A stretch of 64,000 nt of DNA from a virus: IMG/VR virus record IMGVR_UViG_3300024255_000002; one strand, given 5' to 3'. The notes under the pieces were generated by a model. The model was not told where the DNA came from and made no database searches. It saw only the letters and a program-made list of their open reading frames with translations. A program made the position numbers and the translations under genes. Below are positions 57,398 through 64,000 of the stretch, piece by piece (position 1 is the stretch's first letter; the number at the start of each line of letters is the position of its first letter).

Positions 57398-58642
57398 ATG
57401 CCAAACTTAAATAATATAAGCGTTAAAGAAGGAGAATTTACTGCTATGCAGGAAAAGGCAACTGCCTTTATATTCAAACGTTCTTATTTACCACCTAAAA
57501 AAAGATTTAAATCAGCGGAAGATATTGTTAAAGATAAAGACACTGTAAAAGGTTTAAAAGAAATATTTGTGTTTAACAATAAACAACTGTTTAACTACAC
57601 ACTCCCCTGGTCTCAAAACCAAGAAAAAGTTTGGTTTGAAACTTTTTATAAACAACATGAAAAGATATTAGATGTTTTTCCTAATGCTAAATTTACTATT
57701 TTTGATAGAGACGATAAAAATGGTTTTATGGAATGGTTTCAAAAACTCATAAAAGATTACTTCAGAATATCAAAGAAAGATAGTTATAATCCTGCTGATA
57801 TTTGGTTAATAGATAAAAAAGAAGTTAATAGAAAAACCATAATAAAAGAATTAAACCAAGATTCTGCTACAAGAACCCTTACAGAATTAAATCAAGTAAT
57901 GAGATCACTATACAATGAAAAAAAAGTTGTGGGACTTTCTTTAAAATTAGTATCAGGACAAACAGCAAAGTATGAAAGAGTAAACCTTGATGATAAGTTT
58001 TTTAAAGATTTAGAAGCTAAAAAAGGTGTATATGATTATAAACTTAGTGATATAAAAATGGACTTAACTACCATTGGATCAGGAAAAAGAGCCAATTGGA
58101 AAACACAGGACACAGTTATTTCTCTAAGTCTTAACAATTCGATAAAAGTAAAATTTCAAGTTAAAGGAAACGGAACTTCTAAATTTGAAAATTTAAAAAT
58201 TGAAGGAACGGGTGTTGGGGAAAAGGCAAGACTTGGTAAAGCACCTCTACTACTTATTTCTAAATTAACAAGTGGTAAACCATATAAGAAAACATTTCAA
58301 AACAGATTTGCTGATTTTCCAAAAGATACAAAAGAGTTTATAAAACAATCTAAAAAATATAATAATATGTTTAGTGAACTAGTAGCAAATTGTAAAAAAA
58401 ATAATATAAGATTAGTAACTAATATATTACCTAAAGATTTTACAAAGCAGATGAAGATTGCTTTTGACGGAGAGAAACCTTGGATTGCAAATTCTAAATT
58501 AATGCAATTAACCTTTGTTCATACGATTTGTTCAATGGTAAACAAAGATATGATGGATGAATATGTTACTGATATTTTATTCTTGTCTAAAAAAGAAGGA
58601 AGAAATATCTTTCAATTTGGCCCTTTTGGTAAACTATATTAG
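57398..58642 (+). CDS. putative PD-(D/E)xK-like nuclease
   Basis: N-terminal 'QE', 'YNPADIWL' and 'VVGLSLK' resemble a PD..(S/E)xK core. Confidence 0.45.
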   Translation: MPNLNNISVKEGEFTAMQEKATAFIFKRSYLPPKKRFKSAEDIVKDKDTVKGLKEIFVFNNKQLFNYTLPWSQNQEKVWFETFYKQHEKILDVFPNAKFTIFDRDDKNGFMEWFQKLIKDYFRISKKDSYNPADIWLIDKKEVNRKTIIKELNQDSATRTLTELNQVMRSLYNEKKVVGLSLKLVSGQTAKYERVNLDDKFFKDLEAKKGVYDYKLSDIKMDLTTIGSGKRANWKTQDTVISLSLNNSIKVKFQVKGNGTSKFENLKIEGTGVGEKARLGKAPLLLISKLTSGKPYKKTFQNRFADFPKDTKEFIKQSKKYNNMFSELVANCKKNNIRLVTNILPKDFTKQMKIAFDGEKPWIANSKLMQLTFVHTICSMVNKDMMDEYVTDILFLSKKEGRNIFQFGPFGKLY

Positions 58643-58716
58643 TATAAATAGTCATAAAAAAGATTGTATTTGTTTATGGAATAGTGCTTGACAAATAGCA
58701 CTAAATTTGATATAAT
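58643..58716 (+). promoter_or_regulatory. tandem late (TATAAATA 58643-50) and sigma70 (TTGACA 58688-93, 17 nt, TATAAT 58711-16) promoters with an inverted repeat over the -35
   Basis: tagtgct(58682-88)...agcacta(58697-703). Confidence 0.75.
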
Positions 58717-58743
58717 ATATTATATGGATAACGTGGGAGAAAC

Positions 58744-59967
58744 ATGCAAAGTTTTAAACAATATTTAAGTGAGGCTAAAAATACTCATTTAGAACATTTA
58801 GAAGATTCTATCATTAATGATGGATATGAAGGTGGTGTTAATGCCATTACATTTCTTAAATCATTAAGAGATATGCTTATCGGATCGTCAAGTAGAGGAT
58901 TAAACGTTTCAGTAAAATGGGACGGTGCTCCTGCTGTGATCTGTGGTATCAATCCTGAAAACGGCAAATTCTTTGTTGGATCAAAATCAGTATTCAACGT
59001 AACTCCCAAAATAAATTATACATCTGCTGATATTAGAAGAAATCACACAGGCGGACTTGCTGAAAAATTACAAGTTGCATTAGTAGAATTAAAGAAATTA
59101 GGAATCAAAGGCGTTGTTCAAGGTGACTTTTTATACACTAACAATGAATTAAAAAGTGCCAACATAAGAGGTGAAAGTGTTTTAACTTTTACACCTAATA
59201 CAATCACATATGCTGTGCCTGTAGATAGTACAATAGGTAAAAGAATTGCCTCTGCTAAAATGGGTATCATATTTCACACAACATACACTGGTAGAAAAAT
59301 GGCAGACTTAAAAGCAAACTTTGGTGTGAACGTAAGTTCATTTAGAAAAACATCATCTGTATTTTTTGATGACGCAGGATACAAAGACGCTTCAGGTGTT
59401 GCTACATTTACAACTGCTGAAAGTGAAAGATATGACGCAATGTTAAGAATGGCATTTGGTTCTGTAAGTAAAGGCAGACCAATATTAAACTTATTAAGTA
59501 AACAACAAAATTTATATTCTGTTGGTGCTAGACTTAAAATATTTTTCAATGACTTTATTAGAAGAGGTCAATCAATAGAAAATGTAAGTAAGTTAGTATC
59601 ACAATTTAGAACATATTATATTAGTGTTTTAGACAAAGAAATATCGGCAAGAAAAACACAAAATGCAAAAGATAAATTTGAAGCAATCAAAAATGAAGGA
59701 CTAAAATTTATGGAAAAAAATGAAGTCGGTATATATTTTGCCATTGCTAGTTATGTGACATTACAAAGAGTAAAAGATTTCTTAATAAACAAAATGAATC
59801 AAATAAAAAGTATAGGAACATTTTTACAAAAAGACAATGGGTTTGAAGTTACAAATCCAGAAGGATATGTTGCCGTAGATAGAATGGGCAACGCTGTAAA
59901 ACTAGTTGATAGATTAGAGTTTAGTACTGCTAACTTTAATATTTCTAAGAACTGGATAAAAGGATAA
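58744..59967 (+). CDS. ATP-dependent ligase-like nucleotidyltransferase (RNA-ligase-like) with capsid-targeting-like N-terminus
   Basis: Motif I VKWDG, Ia FVGSKS, III VVQGD, IV PEGYV, V VKLVDR; starts MQSFKQYLSE-A. Confidence 0.6.
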   Translation: MQSFKQYLSEAKNTHLEHLEDSIINDGYEGGVNAITFLKSLRDMLIGSSSRGLNVSVKWDGAPAVICGINPENGKFFVGSKSVFNVTPKINYTSADIRRNHTGGLAEKLQVALVELKKLGIKGVVQGDFLYTNNELKSANIRGESVLTFTPNTITYAVPVDSTIGKRIASAKMGIIFHTTYTGRKMADLKANFGVNVSSFRKTSSVFFDDAGYKDASGVATFTTAESERYDAMLRMAFGSVSKGRPILNLLSKQQNLYSVGARLKIFFNDFIRRGQSIENVSKLVSQFRTYYISVLDKEISARKTQNAKDKFEAIKNEGLKFMEKNEVGIYFAIASYVTLQRVKDFLINKMNQIKSIGTFLQKDNGFEVTNPEGYVAVDRMGNAVKLVDRLEFSTANFNISKNWIKG

Positions 59968-59970
59968 GAT

Positions 59971-61329
59971 ATGGCAAATTTTAGAAAAGACTCACAGGCA
60001 TTTTTAAACGATAGTAAAACTATCTTTGAAGTACCAATGATAGCAACAAAAGATGGTAATGTTGTATCACAAACAAATCCGTTTCCAGTCACAATATCAA
60101 ATACTGGAACCAGTCAAACAATTTCAACAGAAACAAATGTGGATGCTTTTGGTAGAAGTAGAATATCATCACCACTAACACTATTTGATTCCTCACATAG
60201 ATTTGCTGATAATGATTTATGGAATGAAGATATTACAGGTGACGCTTCATCAACCTTTCAAATAAATGAGGGTCTAATAGATTTAACAGTTGGTGATAAT
60301 GCTAATGATGAAATTATTAGAGAAACAAATAAAGTAATGGCTTATCAACCTGGTAAATCATTGTTAATTTTAAATTCTTTTATATTTAATGCTGCTAAAA
60401 CTGGATTAAGACAAAGAATAGGATATTTTGGAACAGACAATGGTATCTATTTTGAACAAGATGGTACAGATGTTTATATAGTAGAAAGAAGTAAAATAAC
60501 AGGTTCAGTTGTAGAAAGTAGAATTGCTCAAGCAGATTGGAATATAGATAAATTAGATGGCACAGGTATAACAGGTTATACTTTAGATTTAACAAAAGCA
60601 CAAATTCAATATATAGATTTAGAATGGTTAGGTGTAGGAACCGTAAGAGCAGGTTTTGTTATTAATGGTAGATTTGTAGTTGCTCACGCATTTCATCACG
60701 CTAATTTAGTATCTGGAACATATATCACTACAGGTTCTTTACCTTTAAGATGTGAAATTAAACAACAAACGGAAGTTGGAGATGGTTCTACCGCTACATT
60801 AAAACAAGTTTGTTCTAGTGTTATGAGTGAAGGTGGTTATGAATTAAGAGGAAGGCAACAAGCTATTGGAACAGTGATTACTTCTCCTTATAGATTAACA
60901 ACTGCTGGAACTTATTATCCTGTAGCTTCTATAAGACTAAAAGCTGCAAGACTAGATGCAATTGTTATTCTTACTGCTTTATCTTTATTGGGAACTGGAA
61001 ATGGAAAATTTTATAATTGGCAAGTGGTTGCTGGTGGAAGTATTGCGGGTGGAACTTGGGTGTCTGGTGGAGCAAACTCATCTGTTGAATATAATATTAC
61101 AGGCACTGATCACACATTAGGGACAGGAAGAATATTGGCTAGTGGTTTTACTTCTTCTTCCAAACAAATAAGTGAATCTATTAATATATTAAAAGAAGCT
61201 TTATTTAAGTTTCAATTAGAGAGAAATACATTTACTAGTACACCTGAAATTTTAACATTGAGATTGGCTTGTGATAGTAATACAGAAGATGTTTTTGGTT
61301 CCATGGACTGGGAGGAGGTTACTAGATAA
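59971..61329 (+). CDS. hypothetical beta-rich protein, probably virion structural
   Basis: 'NPFPV', 'DAFGR.R.S.P.TLF', 'YQPGKS', 'EWLGVG.VR.GF'; G/T-rich. Confidence 0.55.
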   Translation: MANFRKDSQAFLNDSKTIFEVPMIATKDGNVVSQTNPFPVTISNTGTSQTISTETNVDAFGRSRISSPLTLFDSSHRFADNDLWNEDITGDASSTFQINEGLIDLTVGDNANDEIIRETNKVMAYQPGKSLLILNSFIFNAAKTGLRQRIGYFGTDNGIYFEQDGTDVYIVERSKITGSVVESRIAQADWNIDKLDGTGITGYTLDLTKAQIQYIDLEWLGVGTVRAGFVINGRFVVAHAFHHANLVSGTYITTGSLPLRCEIKQQTEVGDGSTATLKQVCSSVMSEGGYELRGRQQAIGTVITSPYRLTTAGTYYPVASIRLKAARLDAIVILTALSLLGTGNGKFYNWQVVAGGSIAGGTWVSGGANSSVEYNITGTDHTLGTGRILASGFTSSSKQISESINILKEALFKFQLERNTFTSTPEILTLRLACDSNTEDVFGSMDWEEVTR

Positions 61330-61913
61330 TGAAAACATTTAGAACATATATTAAAGAGGCACAACAAAGACGAATAGTTATGTTAGGTGGTCCTGGTTCA
61401 GGTAAATCAACATACACTAAGTATTTGATGGATAGATACGGCATACCTCACATATATCCAGGTGGCATGTTAAGAAAAGAAGTTGAGAAAAATACAGAAA
61501 TAGGAAAACAAATTAAAGATTTAATTACAAAAGGTAAGTTTGCACCTAGTGAAATGGTTTTAAAACTTATTAAAGACAGAATTGCAGAAAGTCCAGACGG
61601 ATATGTATTAGACGGATGGCCTAGATATATGAAACAAGTAAGAGAAATGGAACGAGAAAATATCGGACATGATGTTGCTGTGTTTTTAGATGTAAGTAAA
61701 GAAGAAGTAATGAAACGATTACTTGCAAGAGGTAGAGTTGATGATACCGAAGAAGTTATCAACGATAGAATTAAACTATACAAAGAAGAAACTGGTCCTG
61801 TTGTAGAATACTTTAGAAATAAACCTGGTTTTATAAGTATTAAAGCAGAGGGTGATACACCAGAAAACATTAGTAAAAAAATTATTAGAGAAATAGAAAA
61901 TGAAAAGCTTTAA
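61329..61913 (+). CDS. adk: adenylate kinase (short-LID type) with capsid-targeting-like N-terminus
   Basis: GGPGSGKST, 'G.MLR', 'VLDGWPR', 'RGR.DD...I..R...Y...T.PV'; starts MKTFRTYIKE-A. Confidence 0.88.
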   Translation: MKTFRTYIKEAQQRRIVMLGGPGSGKSTYTKYLMDRYGIPHIYPGGMLRKEVEKNTEIGKQIKDLITKGKFAPSEMVLKLIKDRIAESPDGYVLDGWPRYMKQVREMERENIGHDVAVFLDVSKEEVMKRLLARGRVDDTEEVINDRIKLYKEETGPVVEYFRNKPGFISIKAEGDTPENISKKIIREIENEKL

Positions 61914-64000
61914 ACAATTTAACGAGTCTATTATAGACATACCAAGAAAAACGTATGCAAAGGCAGTATTTGATAAACCAGATACACCTAATCCAGAGTT
62001 AAAAGCTTCAGTTAAAAAACAAGTATTAGACGGAATTAAGTCATTTGAAAAATTTGGAAAAGTAGTTAAGTATGGTCTTATTGGATCAATACTAACAAAA
62101 CAATATAGAGGTGACGCTGACCTTGATGTTAATATTTTATTTGATATACCTGGTTCAAAAGAAGAACAAGAAAAGGTACATGAAAAAATAAAAGAACATC
62201 AATATGAAATAAATGGTAAAACAATACCAGGCAGTGAACATCCTATAAACTATTTTTCTATCATAGATCCTGCTATATTTGATAAGGCAAATAAGATGGC
62301 AGATGGTATTTTTGATATCGATAAGAACAAATGGATCAAAAAACCAGAACCAGGCAAATTTGAACCTGAAAAATATATGGCGGATTTTCAGAAACGAGTA
62401 TCTGAAATAGATGTTGTTAAGGGTGAATTGGCAAGAGACATGATTGATTATGAAGAACTAAAAGAACTAGGCAAAGACGATATAGAAAACCTAGAAGGAT
62501 TAGTTTCTAAAAAGTTAGCTGAAATTAAAGATTCCATTAACACATTATTTGATATTGGTGCTAAAACTGTTAAAGATCGAAAAGACGCTTTCTTAGCAGA
62601 TATGTCACCAGACGAAGTAAGAAAATTTGGAGTAAAAAACCGACTTCCTAAAAACGTGATTTATAAAATGTTAGAAAAGTATCATTATCTCAAATTCTTT
62701 AAAACTTTGGAAGAGATTATGTTGGATGGTAAAATAACACCAGATGAACTTAAATCGTTATCTAAGATTAAAGAAGCCAAAGGTAGACATATAGCGTTTA
62801 CCTTTGGCCGATTTAATCCACCTACAATAGGACATGGAAAATTATTACAAAAATTATTTACAGTTAGAGCAGACAACCACTTTATATTTTTAAGTAGATC
62901 GGAAGACTCAGATAAGAACCCATTATCATTTAGAGAGAAGTCAAAAGTTATGAAACAAATGTTTCCTAGATATGCTTCAAACATAATAGTAAGTGGTTCA
63001 AATAGAGTATTTGATATAGTCACTGATCTTTACAATAAAGGTGCTACAGAATTATCAATGGTTGTCGGTTCAGATAGAGTAAGAGAATTTGACACCACTA
63101 TTAAAAAATATAATGGTGTAAAAAGCAGACATGGTTATTATAACTTTGATAACATTAATATAGTTTCTGCTGGAGAAAGAGATCCAGATGCTGACGGCGC
63201 TACAGGAATGTCAGCAAGTAAAATGAGAGCGGCCGCTAAGGCAAATGATTTAGATGCATTTAAAAAAGGATTGCCAAGTGGATTTAGAGACGCCGAAGAA
63301 TTAATAAAAAGATTAAGACAAGGCATGAGATTGGCTGCTTCAAACGATCCAGAAATAGAAGAAGGAACATTAAAGTTTAAACCATTTATAACTGCTTCTA
63401 CAAAAGAGGAGTTAGAAAATATGATTATAAGAGACAAGTATTTAACAGAGCATTTATATGATGTAGGAGACATTGTTGATGATGTTGAGAATAAAGTTAC
63501 AGGTGTTATCGTAAGACGAGGAACAAACTATGTAACACTTGAAGACGTTGATAATAAACTACATAAGTCATGGTTATTTAATATTATTGAATCGCCTGTT
63601 TATCCTAGAGAATTAGACGAGTCGGCAAAAAAATTAAAATACGACAAAGAGACAGATCAACCTAAAAAATATGTTGCTGGTTTATCAGACAAAGAGAAGA
63701 AGTCACACGACAAACATTTAGAAAAACAAGGCAAAAAATCTGACGATGATAAAAGTGCTTACACACAATCGCCAGCAGATAAAGTTGCTAAAACTAAACC
63801 AAGTGTTCATACAAAGAAATTCAAACAAATGTATGGTGAACTTAAAACTGAAAAAGAGCCACAAAAAAGAGGTGATGAATTTGTAGATACTGGATTGCCT
63901 GAAAGTTCAAATAGAAAGGCAGATGAGTTAGAACATGCTAAATTAATGAATAAGGCACTTAGAACTATGCCACAATCTATTAAACAAAAAGAAATTATAA
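61900..64000 (+). CDS. large multidomain protein, 3'-truncated: Pol-beta-type nucleotidyltransferase + HxGH cytidylyltransferase-like domain + further domains (absent from ORF track because it runs off the window)
   Basis: Manual translation open from ATG 61900 to the window end: MKSFKQFNES...LIGSILTKQYRGDADLDV (GS..DxD)...TFGRFNPPTIGHGKL...VGSDR...SAGERDPD..MSASKMR. Confidence 0.8.
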   Translation, partial: MKSFKQFNESIIDIPRKTYAKAVFDKPDTPNPELKASVKKQVLDGIKSFEKFGKVVKYGLIGSILTKQYRGDADLDVNILFDIPGSKEEQEKVHEKIKEHQYEINGKTIPGSEHPINYFSIIDPAIFDKANKMADGIFDIDKNKWIKKPEPGKFEPEKYMADFQKRVSEIDVVKGELARDMIDYEELKELGKDDIENLEGLVSKKLAEIKDSINTLFDIGAKTVKDRKDAFLADMSPDEVRKFGVKNRLPKNVIYKMLEKYHYLKFFKTLEEIMLDGKITPDELKSLSKIKEAKGRHIAFTFGRFNPPTIGHGKLLQKLFTVRADNHFIFLSRSEDSDKNPLSFREKSKVMKQMFPRYASNIIVSGSNRVFDIVTDLYNKGATELSMVVGSDRVREFDTTIKKYNGVKSRHGYYNFDNINIVSAGERDPDADGATGMSASKMRAAAKANDLDAFKKGLPSGFRDAEELIKRLRQGMRLAASNDPEIEEGTLKFKPFITASTKEELENMIIRDKYLTEHLYDVGDIVDDVENKVTGVIVRRGTNYVTLEDVDNKLHKSWLFNIIESPVYPRELDESAKKLKYDKETDQPKKYVAGLSDKEKKSHDKHLEKQGKKSDDDKSAYTQSPADKVAKTKPSVHTKKFKQMYGELKTEKEPQKRGDEFVDTGLPESSNRKADELEHAKLMNKALRTMPQSIKQKEII

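Noticed and set aside
61329-61913. Kinase as a T4 Pnk-type polynucleotide kinase
   Set aside because: It has the adenylate-kinase signature (LDGWPR, RxDD) and no phosphatase domain.
2300-63473. Numerous minus-strand ORFs and short alternate-frame ORFs in the track
   Set aside because: They overlap well-supported + strand genes, lack motifs and RBSs, and look like shadows of biased codon usage.
1-64000. tRNA/tmRNA genes or stop-codon reassignment
   Set aside because: No cloverleaf or T-loop pattern was noticed in intergenic gaps by eye (tRNAscan-SE/ARAGORN would confirm). Core genes are intact in the standard code and end in TAA, TAG and TGA.

Overview
This is a 64-kb, strongly AT-rich segment of a lytic T4-like (Tevenvirinae/Kyanoviridae-type) marine myovirus. 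All credible genes are on the + strand. Gene order: modification enzymes and tail-fibre/receptor-binding genes (1-15.8 kb); the T4 core virion block gp13-gp23 and gp3 (15.9-30.8 kb); uvsY, uvsW, gp55, gp47, gp46; an accessory region (peptide deformylase, hydroxylase, GNAT, DNA methyltransferase, MoxR/VWA 'cobS/cobT' pair, ribosomal protein S21, PstS, Hsp20, rubrerythrin); the replication block gp45, gp44, gp62, regA, gp43, two more methyltransferases, uvsX, gp41; and a terminal enzyme cluster. Gene content and a perfect alphaproteobacterial LexA box suggest a SAR11/alphaproteobacterial host (HTVC008M-like; inference). The most notable observations follow. (1) A cluster of enzymes (ligase-like KxDG protein, adenylate kinase, Pol-beta NTase + HxGH NTase fusion) each begins with a T4 capsid-targeting-like peptide, suggesting a virion-packaged RNA-repair/nucleotide kit. 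(2) An unannotated 47-aa ArfA-like ribosome-rescue ORF occurs alongside S21 and peptide deformylase, with many predicted leaderless mRNAs. (3) pstS is flanked by identical 38-bp direct repeats that are also part of a candidate structured ncRNA. (4) A host SOS box precedes an early promoter. (5) A perfect antisense sigma70 promoter sits at the late/early module boundary.
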